From NCBI GenBank assembly GCA_973895155.1, contig OZ316894.1:23000709-23064708 (forward strand): a stretch of DNA of 64,000 nucleotides, in the 5' to 3' direction. Numbering within the stretch: position 1 is the first letter of the stretch; every line of letters begins with the position of its first letter. Of this stretch, positions 25,997 through 39,300 are shown in pieces. Under the pieces are notes generated by a model. It was given only the letters and a program-made list of their open reading frames with translations, was not told the DNA's origin and ran no database searches. Position numbers and translations under genes: made by a program. This DNA comes from Marsupella aquatica. Lineage: Eukaryota; Plantae; Marchantiophyta.

Positions 25997-26518
25997 ATGC
26001 TGCCTCTTCCAGACCGGCAAGCCCTATGTAGGGTCCTCCTACGGGTTGCATCGTGCATGGCTATTGCTTGGGCTTACATGTGTGGATTGGTAACCAGACA
26101 AAGTGTAGCTCCATCCGAGATAATGCCTGCAGACCTTGGATGTGTTGTGAATGAGGATGCACAGTCCGAAGAGGACATTTACTTTTCAGCAGATGAGTTA
26201 GACAAGCACAATGCTGTAGGTGGTTCCTTGTTGCCTGATTTGGCAGATCATATAGTTCTTACACATGTCTGGCCAAGGGTTCTTGTGGTGTCTGGCGCAC
26301 AAGATATCTGCAAATATAGACTAATTAGTACCTAGTGGAGGGACTTGGTAGCAACATGTGCACCGTGGAGGGCATTGCTGCCACTGCTTGTAGGCACGGA
26401 TCGAAGACCACCATGGCATGAGCAGGGTTTAGACCTTGATGACTTAATGTACATGCTTGAGTACCTCAGGGCTGAGTGGCATCGACAACAGGATTGGTAT
26501 CCGTATTTGATGTGGTAG
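25997..26518 (+). pseudogene. F-box-like gene carried by the CACTA; one premature stop
   Basis: SLLPDLADHIVLTHVWPRV...ICKYRLIST*WRDLV fits the F-box pattern LP.d....I..rl...l..Vs+.W+.l; reading continues in frame after TAG 26333-26335. Confidence 0.6.
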
Positions 26519-29500
26519 TAAGATGAGGACATCTCACACCGGTCTCACACCTGGCACCTGTGTCTATGACTATACATGACTGGACTTTGATATGGTCCTG
26601 GATGTACGTGCAGAGGCAGTACATGTGAGGATAGTGGAGGAGTTGACACCCTCAAACATTTAGGAATTTTGTCTCATTCACTTGAGAATAGGTACATGAC
26701 TCAGGCACCTATTTTTTTGTTGTTTTGCTTTCTTGGAATGTTATGCTACATCTTTTGGCAAGTACAGTTGGGGGTGAAATCCTTAATAGGGAGTGTATTT
26801 TTCACTTGCATAATAAAATGACAGGGCGTTGAGTGCGTGTCTATAGTGATGGCTCCAAGGTTGCCTCTTCACAACCCATTTAGGATTAGGCATCATGATT
26901 CTAAATTGTGGATGCGTGAACAAGCCCGGGCTGCCCAAGGTAGGAGTAGGAGGATGAGATGCCCATGCACACAGTGCCAAGGATTCAAGTCATTGAGTTT
27001 GAACACTATGCACCTTCACCTGCTGCGGGATGAAAGGCACCCTCGGTGGAGGGTTTGGAATGTACCAGCAGAAGAAGACTTCTCTGATGAAGAGTGGAGA
27101 GCTGACTTTGTGGATTCTAATACAGCTAGGCATAGAGACTACGTAGAGCAGGACATAGATGGTGCAGAGGATGGTCCTGGGGTACAACATGAGAACGTGG
27201 ATGACCAAGATGGAGATGCAGAGGCAGTCACTGAGGACGGTGGGATGGATGTCCCAAGAATGGTTCAAGAGATTTTTGAAGACCTTGATGCTTTTTACGA
27301 CATAGTGGAATCAGAAGAGGACAATGAACCGCAGCCACACATTGGACACGGCCCACCTGAACCTGACTTTGACATTGGGGAAGGTGCAGCAGAGAGGGAG
27401 TGGGTGTTTGGGGGCCCAAAACACATCAAAGAAGCTTGCATTCCTATCTACGAGGGTCAAACTGCTCCAAGCTGGGTTTTGTGGTGTTGTTGTTGAACAT
27501 CTGTGGCAATCACAATGTTCCCAATATATTTGTGACAGAGTTGTTGACCTTCCTGCGCCGAAATGTGTTACCAGATGGTAATTCAATTCCAAAAAATATG
27601 TACGAGGCTAGGAAATGATCTCTAACCTTGGGCTGAATTATGTGTCTATTGACGCATGCCCTAATGGGTGTGTTCTGTTTCGCAAAGAGCATGCAGATAA
27701 ATTGACATGCCCTCATTGTGGTAAGCACATGTACAAGAATGTAGGGAAATGTACACACCCTGCCAAGGTTCTTCGTCATTTTCCTCTCATTCCTAGACTA
27801 CAACGTCTATTTAGATGCCCTGCCATTTCCAAGCTGATGACATGGACTCCTAATAACAAGAGCAGTGATGGCCTGCAGCGTCACATTGGAGATTCTAACC
27901 ATTGGAAATTTGTTGATGAGAGGTGGCCACGGTTTGCTGTAGAGAAGCAAAACTTTCAATTTGGTCTATCACTGGATGGAGTAAACCCATTTGGAGACAA
28001 AAACAACCGTTATTCATGTTGGCGGTTACGCTGCTAAATTACAACCTTCCCCCATGGATGACTACAAAGAGGTTTTTTGTGATGATGGTGCTGCTAATCC
28101 TTGGACCAGCTTCTGTGACCGAGAAATTCATAGATATCATGTTGGCTCCAGCAGTGGAAGAGTGGAAGACTCTGTGGATAGAAGGGGTGTTAACCCATGA
28201 TGTTCTGAAGGGGCTTCTTCGACCCAGCCCCTTTAGACTGCATGCAATTTGTTTGCTGGATATAGCAGATTACCCAGGCCATGGCATCATATCTGGACGA
28301 GTGACAAAGGGCTATGTGGGGTGCACACCATGTGGGAAAAATGTGACAAGTGAGTGGTTGCATGCCCTGCACAGTATGAAATTTCAGGGGCATAGAAGGT
28401 ATCTGCCTGCTGATCATCCTTACAGGCACACACGGTCTCAAATTGCACACTTCAACAACTGTGGACCGGCTCAATATAGGGTATGTAAGGAACTTGTCAA
28501 TTTTTTTGTTGTTTGTACAAGGAATAGTAAGAAAGTTGTTGTAGTGTTAGCAAAGTACTTAGGGTTTGCAACCCTAAGTCACTAGGGAAGGCTAGTAGGA
28601 AATCATGGAAGGGAGAAAATGTGTTGTTCTAAGCAAATGTAAAGGGATAAGTAATGTGATTTTGGTAGGCAGCAAATGTTCCACCCTTAGTTAGGATAGG
28701 CGACTAAGTCGGGACCGGAAAATGACCCAACACCTGACATCTTATTTTTGGCTGATATTTCTCCCATGGGTGCTGGGAGGTACCTAGGGAACCCTGAAAA
28801 AGTATGAAGTCAAGTGGGGTCTCAACCTAGGAGTTGTGAGTATTTTGACAGAAATTAAAATAACCAACTAGCGGGCCCTGGAGAAAATAGCCAACGGGTA
28901 AATTTTGTGGGTTCGAGGTTAGAATTGAGTTTAGTATAGACCATAATATCCCTGGATTGTCTCAGAAATAATTTGTCACCTTTTGTTACTTTTTGGGAAC
29001 ACCTCAAAGATTGGGAATACTAATGCGCTTTAATAGATATGGTCAAACTTATGTATTTTTAGAAAAGTCGTTATGGAGTGTTTAGAGAGTTTGATAAATT
29101 TAGGAGTGAGTCCCATGTCCAAGAATTCCAGAAATGTGCTCAGAAGTACGTTTGGAAATTTGAGTGAATTATGGCATGGCCTTCAAGAGGGGCCAGTATA
29201 ACTGTTTCTCCTGAGAGGAAAACGAATTTTTCTAAGTGTCAAAACGTGTCGACGCGGCTGCGACCAGACTAGCACGAGGTCAGGCAAGCACGACATGGGC
29301 AGGAATGCACGAGGTGGGCTAATTGAAGGGCTGGTGCTCATCAAAATAGGCCACTCTTGATCTGAATAGGCAGGTGCGGGATTGAATTGAGCTAGCTGCT
29401 GCTGAGAAGGACTTGACCCAGCTGCTACTGTGAAATTGAATTGAGCTATGGCTGCTGATTGGAATAGGGAGGCTGGTTTTGAATTGGGAAGGTTGCTTGC

Positions 29501-29584
29501 TGCTATGGCAGCGGCACAATAGATTAGAGGTGCTGCTATTAATCAGGCATGAGATGCTCACGAGAATTGGCTGGCTGTTGCCTT

Positions 29585-29645
29585 GATGCTGCTGAATTGA
29601 TGGATGCTGCTGAATTGATGGATGCTGCTGAATTGATGGATGCTG
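29585..29645. repeat. 18-bp tandem repeat (GATGCTGCTGAATTGATG) x3 inside the solo LTR
   Basis: Directly visible. Confidence 0.85.
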
Positions 29646-30400
29646 CAGCTAGCTGCGAAATTGCAGAGGTGGGCAGCTATGAAATTGAGAAGAGAGACCT
29701 GCTTGGCTAAGTGATTGGAATAGAGCTAGTTGTTGAGAAGGAATCAAGCTATGGCTGCTGCTGCTGTGCTTCGAATCAGCTGCTATGCTTCGAATCTATT
29801 GCTGTGCTGTTGTGTTGCAAGCTGCGAATTGGTGGGCTATGGCTGCTGAAAAATTCTGCTGCGATTTTGAATTACTTGCAAGGCTGGATGGCTATGGAGG
29901 TGGACTGAGAAGGGTGCTGTAGACCTGGCTGAGCTATCAATTGACCTGCTGTCATTCGATCCAATAGAGAATGCTGTCGTTTCAGATTGAATTCAAGAGA
30001 TAGGAAAATGCTGCAAAAATTGGTGTCCTTATCAATCTTCTTCATAAGAAACGTGAGTATAATGAGAGTACTCTCCCCTCATGACACGTGGAATCCCCAT
30101 AAGGGGCGTGTAAGGTTCAAGTGTAATTGGGTCGCCGCTTACATCCGCTTTACACCAAAAATAGGCCTTGGAAGAATGGACATAACTTTGGCTAGGGGTA
30201 TCCGTTGGGGCCCAAATTTTTTTGTGCTGAGTTAGGGGAAGGTAAGGCACCCCTTGGTGAAGGTGGAAACCCAGAAAAATAATCACTCAAATATATTTTT
30301 AGCGGAGGCCACGAGGGGGTCCCCATAGCTTGCAAACGAGAGTCGGCATGGGGGAAGTAAGACCAGGTTTTTAGGTCGACAATTCTTGCACCCGTGTCAC

Positions 30401-32835
30401 TGTCACGCGATTGGCATGGGTCTTAACACCAAAAACGTCACTATGGGTGCCAAAACCATCTCCTTGTACCTGAGGATCACGAAGGGATGTTGTGAAGGCC
30501 GGTAAACACCAATTTATGCCCTTAACACCAGACTATCATAGCAAGACTCTATCACACATCACCCAAGCTCAATCCCAAGGAACCAAGGTTGGGGATCAGA
30601 TCTGCGCTCATGATAGTTCTGGTGAGAAGGGGTCTTCATATCGGGCCCGTACCCACAGGGCCTAGCGCTACGGTGCGCATAGGTCTATACGTATGCTTAC
30701 TGTCATAGGTATGTTTCTATTCCGCCGCCGGAATGTACCCATAAACCAGTGACTCCTGACTGATTCCCGGCTTAGGGACTTCTAAGCCATTGCCCCACCA
30801 CTCTGCCATTCCACTCTCAATAATCAGAGCTATGACAGTCCTCACCCAGCCCGCTTCAATGTACCCTGTACACCTCTCAGTGGCGTTGCTAGTCCCATCA
30901 TACACTCAGATTGCCTCACACACACACACATCCATGAGAGAAATGAGGCCTGAGAGGAAAACTCAATTAGATTCAAAGATGTGCACAATAGTTCACTAAG
31001 AACACTTGATCCGAACACTAGGGCCGAAGGCTGTCTCCTCCAGATTGTGACGTGCTTGCCCCGCAAGCCCCATGCTTGCCATGCAAGCTCAATCCTGAAC
31101 CTGAGCCTGGCTCACTCCAGATTGCGACGGCAGATTGGACTCAAACCAATCCCGTACTTGCCTTGCAAACTCAATCCTGAACTCAACCTCCTTCATTGCA
31201 CTTCATTCTTGGGGGCACATGCAGATCTCACACCTCCAATTCAGAATGTCAAGTTACGAATGCACAGTTGACTCGACTTCAAAGCTGATACCAGGCCTAA
31301 CGACGATCTATCCTAGACTGCAATGAGGCCCGGCCTCACGCTTGCCCTGCAAGCTCAGCTCTGGCCATAAATCCCTTAGTGCTCTCTACCAGACAAAGGC
31401 CGGGACTCCCCATGGATCACGTAGCCTTGCCAGACTGAACTATAAATGCTCCTCCTGCTGCCCCTCAATTAGTGTCTCAGCCTCCCCAATGTGCTCACCA
31501 CAAATCACATTGAAATCCTCCCCACAGTTTACAATCACCAATACATCACCTATCACCAAGGCTCTGTATCGGGGGAAAAGAACCCAGTTGTGCTGCCCAT
31601 TAGAAAGAGCCACAATCCAACTCGCAAACCTAGCAACCCATTGCAGTTGTGAAGCTTGGTTGATTACTCCCTGAGTAATAGCACAACCAAGCTCTCCCCA
31701 ACACGCAGCGTCCAAGTCCAGCCTTGCTTGCACAGAGCTCCTCCCTGCTGCTCAGTCTAAGTGAGATCACACAACTGAAGTCCCCCCCCCCTTGCCTCTA
31801 CCGGGGGGCTGCTCTATATACTCTCATACTGAGCCCAAATGGATGGATACTACGCTGTTGGAGCCCCATCCCAGCCCTAACAGAGCCGCCACTATCTCTA
31901 ACTACTGAACCCTAACTCGCAACTTTATTTCTATCTCGAATTGGCTATGTACTTCGGATTTGGCCCTCCTCCATGGTTTTTGCGAGCTTGCGCCTCCTCT
32001 CCCGATTTCTCTATTCAACCATTTGCTGCGTGGATAGCAGCGTTGGAAGCGGCTTGAGCTCCTCTTTCCAACGAGGTTAATTATAGCCGATTTGGTCAAA
32101 TACACAGAGAGTTATGCCCCCACAACCGAGAGGGGGTGCTCACTGCTGCGCTAACCCGAGTTACATAGCTAACCCAAGTTTGGCTAACCTAGCTATCCTA
32201 TCTAACCCGAGTAGAGCTAACCCGTGATCTTGGGTTAGGCTGCTACCCGCTATCCGCTATCCGCTAATCTAGCCTAAGCTGAGCCCAAACCCAAGTTTAT
32301 CTATGCTAACCTGAGCCCGAGTTTAGGCTAACCCAAGTTAAGTCTAACCCGGGATCAAATCAATCCGAATGCGGGTTAAGCCTAAGCTAAAGCTGTGCTT
32401 ACTTGAGCTAAGCTGAAGCCGTGCTTACCTGAGATAAGCTAAAGCCGTGCTTACCTAAGCTAAGCCGTGGCCGAGCTTGGGTTAACCCGAAACTGAAGCC
32501 GAACCCGCTAATTCCGGTCACAAGTTAACCCGTCACACTAATCAGGCCGTATCTTTCTTAATACACCTTCGTTTTCCAAGTGTTTTATATAGATTTTACT
32601 CGCCTTGACCAGATCTTTCCAATGCTCTTTACAGATCCGCATTTGGTGACATATTGAAAGAGATATGGTCACCGACCACCCGCGACATAGCTTTTATTTC
32701 CCTACTCTTAACGCCATGATTGCCCTTATTCTTGCCATCTTGCTAATTGTTATGCGGTATCAATAGCTACTCCTTGCATACAGCAACCTAGTTACTCAGA
32801 TTATAGAATTTAAGGACCATGTCATCGGCGTCACA
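30401..32835. mobile_element. Second solo LTR nested in the first
   Basis: Starts TGTCACGC, ends GGCGTCACA. 5-bp TSD GTCAC (30396-30400 and 32836-32840). CTAACC/GCTAAG-rich repeats at 32150-32500. No coding domains. Confidence 0.88.
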
Positions 32836-35449
32836 GTCACCCAAGTTAGGATACATGGAGAAGACAGTACCTCAGGGTAAAGATGCAAGGCCGTTAGGGT
32901 AAGGAAAGTAAGTTGATAGGTCGGGGTAGTAAGTAAGAACTAGTAAATAAGGAGCCAACTTTGACATGACACAACTTGAGACTCACTCACTCTTTTTGCA
33001 AGCTTTCAAGTGGGTTGGGAAGCTGGTGAGGAGGACCATAAGTGAGAGCAGGTTTGGAGGTCAAAGCATGCAACTCATGTGTGGCATATTCCAGGGCTTG
33101 GAAGGAGTCAAGCAATAGGTTGTAGAGTGAGCTACAAACTATAGAGTTGGACTTTGTGTGTTAAGAGGACTTGGGGGAGGAGTAGTTGGACCCCAGGTCA
33201 AGCTTGGTGTGGTGTGGAAGGAGAATAGTATATAAAGAGAAAGTTTTTCTTTGTTAGGGACCGGGAGTCTCATCTCTTAAGTGGAATCTCTACCTTGTCA
33301 AGGTAGGGCTAAGCTTGAGAAGGGAGAGGTGGTCCAATCATGCTTAGTGTGGAGAATGTGTAGTGAACTTTTATTGTAAAGGTGATGCAATAAAATGAGA
33401 CTTGCCAATCTTCATTGTGACCATTAAGTGTGAGTGCATTTGAAGTATATGAAGAGCAAGAGAAGAGTCCATGCTATGATGTAATCTTGGTCTAAGCTCA
33501 AAGGGGATGTGCTAGTATAAAACCAAGGCCAAGGAGGCAAGGTTAAGGTAGAGCACTACTTTGAGACTTAGAAAGGATTATAGCTTGAGGGGGGAAAGTA
33601 TTTTGCTTGGTGTGTGGTGTTAACAAGAAGTAAGAACAAGAGGAAGAGTCCTTAGATAGAGGAGCCTTCTCTAGAGCTCAAAGGGATGTGTGGATCCAAA
33701 CCAAGGCCAGAGGGCAAGGTTGAGGGGTAACACTACTTTGAGGGTCTTGAGGAGACTTAAGCTTGACGAGGAAAGTACTTTGGTTCTTGGATGTTTGTGT
33801 GAGACTCTTCTCTAAGGTGACAGCTTGGAGCGGAGATCCCCCTTGCTGATCCTTGGAGTAGAGGAGAGGGGAAGGGTGTGAGTACAAAAGTAGTCAAGGG
33901 GACTACCTCTCTAGAAGTGGAGAGTTGAAACTACTTATGTATGGAGTGATTGGTCATTGTAGGCACATTTCAGAAGTTTTGTCAATTCTTTGTGACCCTG
34001 GTATGATATGGAGCAGGTATTAGGTAGTCTTTTGGGGAGAAAAGCCGCTTAAGCTCCTTGACAAGTATTTGACAACAACAAAACAGAGCTTCGTGGCCCA
34101 CCACCAAGGGTCACCAGAGAGCAAGTCCTGGTGGGCAGCCAGGAAGGCTGATTGGGACAAGAGAAGTGCCACTGATCGAGAACCTGAGGATCCAGTGGTG
34201 AAACACGGTGTGAAAAGACAGACCTTGATGGACTTGGAGTTGGAGTACTGGAGGGTAATGTACTTAGCCTCCAGCCCCTGTATGATTGCAATTTTAGATT
34301 GGAGCAATGGTGGATTGATGTTGGTTACAATCCTCCTATTTGGTTAATTAGTTTTTCTGTTGTTGAATTCTTTGCTTTGTGGAGTGCAGGAATTCGAGCC
34401 TAGCAAACACAATGTGGACGTCATGCACATTGAGAAAAATATTTTGTGAGAGCTTGCTGAAGTTCTTGTCTGGTGAGAAAGATACAAGAGCAGTTCGAGC
34501 TGATATGCAACAGAAGGGGATTCGCCCTCACCTTTGGTTGAAGCCCCATGCAAGCAATCCCAATGTACTTCTCAAGTTCCAAGCTCCCTATGTGTGCACA
34601 CAGGAAGAATGGAAGACATTCTTGTATAGATTGAGTTGTCTGAAAGTGCCCTCTGGCTATGCTGGTGCCTTCAAGAAGCATATTACAAATAATAAACTTG
34701 GCGGTATGAAAACACATGACTACCATGTGTTGATGCAGCACATTTTGCCCCTATGCCTCAGAGGTCTCATGCAGAAACCAGTCCGTAATGTCATTCTTCG
34801 ATTGTGCAATGTATTTTGCCGTATATGTATGAAAGTGTGGGATCCCCAAGGATTGGAGCAGTTGAAGCAGGATGCTGCTTATGTCCTCTGTGACTTGGAG
34901 ATATACTTCCCCCCTGCTTTCTTTGATGTTATGACTCATCTCCTAATCCATGTGGTAGAAGAGCTAGGGCAATATGGGCCAGTCAGCACGAGATGGATGT
35001 ACCCTATGGAGCGATACATGAAGTTGTTGAAAGGTCATGTGAGAACATACTACAGGCTAGAGGCTTCCATGGCATTGGGGTATATTAAGGATGAGACGTT
35101 GGGGTTCCTAACAAAGTACATGGCTGGGTCTGGTGAAGCTATAACAAGAGTTTGGAAATCTGGTGAAGATGATGGAGTGAGTGGCGAGGTTGTTGAAGGT
35201 GTGGGACGTGTTGTGCAGCTGTCTGTTGCGATTTGAGACAAGGCTCATTCATATGTGCTGGCGAACACAGAACCTATGCAACCATGGTGGAGGTGAGTGA
35301 TTGAATTGGCTTGCCTTTGTTGTGATGCTTCTTGTCTATTCCAAGGGTGATCTTAGGTTGTCATGTGTTGTTTAGACCTAACTATGCCTGTACCTCATAT
35401 TGCAGGGAATATGATATGCAAAAAGCTGCACACTCTGGGCAGCAAGATT

Positions 35450-35502
35450 GTTCAGCCTAAATTGGCCCGGTTCAGTCTAAATTGGCCTGGTTTCTACTAG
35501 TG
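35450..35502. mobile_element. Orphan CACTA terminus (53 bp) inside a TnpD exon
   Basis: Ends GTCTAAATTGGCCTGGTTTCTACTAGTG (rc matches the 8344 TIR at 25/28). 20-bp unit duplicated. Flanked by ATT/ATC. Confidence 0.75.
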
Positions 35503-36398
35503 ATCCCTTCCCATAGTTCGAGTAGTGGATTCGGGTGGCAATTCGAGAGCATAGTAGACATCACCCAAATATGGAGAAGGATTTGTATCTTCTATCTGTG
35601 CCACCACAATTGTCTATTCTGACCTACAAATGGATGAGAGCTTATGGAAATCATTATCGAGTGAGGGATGAGCAGGGTGACCATTGTGTATCATATGATT
35701 GTGGATTGATATCTGTGTTTGAGCAGAGAACCTCTGAAGAACAGAGGGGGTGGATGAAGATGGGTTACGTGGGGGAGTTGACAGACATTTGGGTCTTGAA
35801 TTATGGTAACACAAGTGTCCCTATAATATTGATGAAGGGAGCATGGGTGAAATCAGAATGGCAGAGGCCAAGGGCCACCATGAAGCGTGATCCTGATGGG
35901 TTCTTGTTGGCCAATTTTAGGTCCAGAGTACCAGAATGGTCTGAGCCTTTTGTTTTCCCCAGCCAAGTCGAACAGGCTTTCTTTCTAGATGTGGAGGGGT
36001 CACATGACTGGAGGGTGGTATGCCATAGCCAAGCACGGAACAGGCGGATGGATGGAAGTAAAGTAGAGTTCAGTTTGGATGACCATGCTGCATTCGAGCA
36101 TCCTAGTTAGGAGACTGTAGTTCCAGCTTGGGCAGGGACCGACTACATCCCGTTAACATTGAGAGGGACATATGATGAACCTGGGGAGATGGAATATGAT
36201 GAGGTTGATGATGTGCAATAGGCAACAGCTGGTGATTGGCAAGTATGAGGTTGAGGATGACTACCTGCATAGAGTCACAGAACGGGAATTGCTGCCTGGA
36301 ATGATGTTTAGGATAGTTGGATATGCATGAAATTGATTGATACTTTGAATCTAGTGTGCTGATTCTCCCTGTTTGGTTGTGGGTGTTGTGCAAAAGCT

Positions 36399-39300
36399 AT
36401 GGGGGAAGAGGGTGATGACATGGAGACAGACATGGGGCTTGGAGAGTGGGGTGAAGAGGAAAGATTGAATATGGATGGAGATCCAGATGCAGGGGGCTCA
36501 CAGAAAAATGCACCTGTGCAGGATGCACAGGGCCCTCATCAAGTGCCAGGTAGGTGGGCAGCTAGAGAGAAATCACATAATCCATACCCTAGAAGGAGCC
36601 AGAGTTATGGCAAGGGACGCCTGATGATTATGATGATGACTGTGATGGAGCAGAAGATGGATGGGATGAATATGAACACCCAGAGCGTGGTAGAGACGGG
36701 TACAGAGGGCAATGGAAAGGTGAGGAGGATGATTGGACAAGTAAGTGCCTTGTGCTAGTGATTTTGTGATGGTAGTAGAGATTTAGCTCAATATGGACTT
36801 AGCTGATGTCTAGCTAGGGCAAAGAGTTTATCTTACAGGTCCATCAATGTGGCATGTACCTGTTGGTATGCAAACTCTGATTGGGACAATCACGAAAAAA
36901 ACAAAGGCCATCCAGTTCAGATAAGAGGCAATCATTCACAGGCGAGAGAAATGGCCCTAATTCATCAAGACAAAGCAATTGGACAGGTGGTCTAGAACCA
37001 TGTATGCGCCAAGGGAGTGGTAACTTGGTCATTGCAGAATTGCTCTGAAGTCCAGTGTATATTTGGCAGCAAAATTTATGCTTCATACTTACCTAATGGA
37101 TCTCGTAAATGTGCAAGGACTCCAAGGAGGTTTGGACAATGCAATCCAGGCCGTGGGGGGAGATCAGGCCATGGAGGGACCCCGGGCCGTGGGGGGACAC
37201 CAGGCCGTGGAGAGACACCTAGTAGCACTTCAGGGAGTACCAAGGCAGGAGACAGTAACAAATTTGGTAAAGTAGAAGTGAATTCCGATGGTTGGATAAC
37301 TCCCACATGTGATGGTAAGAACCGTTGGCATTCTGACCTAAGAGGAGAAGTATTGCGTTGGTTAGATTTGAGCATTACAGATTTGAGCATTACAGAGTTT
37401 AGGAGTCAGAACAAAGCTGATTGCATGGGCTGCTATCTGCAAGGACATTCTTGAACGGTGGGACTATGTTGGTAATGATGGTAAGGGCCCAGTTGAAGAT
37501 TGCATATCAGATTATGCAATGAGGATTTTGAAACAAGAGAGGCATAGGTTGAAAAGGATGTGGATAGACAATGGTTCTAATAGGAGAATGCCACCACCCC
37601 CATCTTTGGAACTGGATCAATGGACACGGATAATCAAAGGGTTCATGTCGGAGGCTGGACAGAGCAAGAGTGAACTGATGTCAAATGCTCGAGACAAAGT
37701 GAAACACCTTTCACAGGCTGGGAGAGGAAGTTATGCTCCATTGAAAGAACAATTGGTAAGGCAGTGACATGTCTGATAGTAAGCCTCAAACTTATCCTCT
37801 TGCTACCATTATTACATTTTCATTGACAATCAACACTTGGTTTCATTCATATGTATGTTGATGTGGACTGCAGAAGAAATTGACAGGTGAAGAACCATCT
37901 GCACAAGAAGTGAGAGAGGAGTTCATGAAACAAAGGAGTGAGGTGACAAGTGTGACTTCCAAACAGGTGATTATGTTGTAATTATGTATGTTCTGTGACT
38001 ATTTGGCCTTGAGCATCAGAAAGAAATGTAGTAGGAAGTAAGCAACCAGTTCTTGGGGACAGTTATCTGAGATATGTAAGCTGTGTTATGACAGGGAACT
38101 GTTACAACTCTCACAGAGATGTGTGAACGGTTGAAGTCATTAGAGTGTGGAATCCCTCGAGTGGAAAGTAAATTGGCTGATCGTTTGGATATTGTGGAGG
38201 CATCTGTAGTGAACCTTCTTGCATTAGTGGAATCTAATTTCAAGCTTGTGATTGAAAAATTGGGTGGTTCCCAACCAAACAATGAGGGCAACATTGTACA
38301 AAGTGTGCCCTTGTTAACAAAAAAGGGAGTTGGCAAATCTGACACAGGTATGGAAATGACCCCGGCCCATTGTTCATTGTGTCCTATGGTCAAATGTTAG
38401 AAGTAAGTTTTCATGAATTGAGTGAATGGTTTGAATGCAGGAAGAGTGGAGGCAGAGAAGGACCCTGTAATCAGTAAGCAGAAGGGCAAGAAGGTTGCTG
38501 AGACAGGTAACCTGCTATGATCCAGTACATTGAAAAGTGCATGGAGTTTTGTGAAGCTTAAGCCGGTTGGAGGTAATCTTTTCTGTAAGAACTGGTTGGA
38601 TCAACTAGGATCTGAAGTGACATCATGATTGATGTATCAGGTGATTCAAAGAGAAATAATGAAAAAGATGTGCCCAGTGCCTCAGTGACCATAGCCAAGG
38701 AGGTATCAGGTAAGCTGATGCTTTAAATTCCTCTATATGAATGTTGAGAAACAATTCAGTGGTTAATAGATTCAACCTGAATATTGTGGTGTGTTTGTTG
38801 ATGAGCAGAAGCAGACATGGAGGATATGGCAATGGCAAAGAAGGGGAAGAAGACTGTTCATAATGGTAAGGAGATAGTGACAACTTTGTGGTTGGTGACA
38901 TGTACATTTAGCACATGTGATGAGTGATTGAGTTATGTTGGACATGACACTGAATTGTAGTTGATGCAGAGTTGACAGACTCTCAACCAAGTGGGAGCAG
39001 GGTGAAGCGATGTTGAAACTTGGGAGCAACATTGGATGCAAGTAAGATTGTAGATGCTTCAATTGAAGCAAGTACAATGTTGGCAGATACTGAGATGATG
39101 TCGCAGGGAAATCCTGCTACACAATTGGAAGTGTCAAATATGGATGTAGATTCTTTGAAGAAGAGTGTAGCCAATTCTCGATCACCAGCACAAAATACTC
39201 GTGCCAAAGTCATGACTCGCAACCAAGGTATGAATAATGTCATGTATAAGCCACCTAGGAAAGCCAAGAAAAATAGCCAGGGTAAGGTGGAGGTGATAGC

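Larger units (their letters stand above)
28460..34074 (+). mobile_element. Solo LTR (~3.2 kb without its nested insert) inserted in TnpD
   Basis: TG...CA ends. 5-bp TSD ACAAC (28455-28459 and 34075-34079). Removal restores HFNN|KTELRGPPPRVT. No gag/pol. TATA-like TATATAAAG near 33229 suggests + orientation. Confidence 0.88.
26849..36110 (+). pseudogene. CACTA TnpD transposase (Transposase-associated, Transposase_21, DUF4218- and DUF4216-type regions), split by an LTR insertion
   Basis: MRCPCTQC...HLL; IDACPNGCVLFR...CPHCG; LRHFPLIPRLQRLF; DGVNPFG; YNLPPW; DYPG; HRRYLPADHPYR; DVMHIEKN; MKTHDYHVLMQ; FPPAFFDVMTHLLIH; RWMYPMERYM; EPFVFPSQVEQAFF. Frameshifts present. Confidence 0.95.

Noticed and set aside
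32150-32500. Telomeric or CRISPR-like array (CTAACC/GCTAAG repeats)
   Set aside because: Irregular degenerate repeats inside a solo LTR; no constant repeat-spacer structure and no TTTAGGG array.
8344-35502. Element ending at the 35502 TIR
   Set aside because: TSD mismatch (CGT vs ATC), TnpD continues past it, and the empty site supports 49369.
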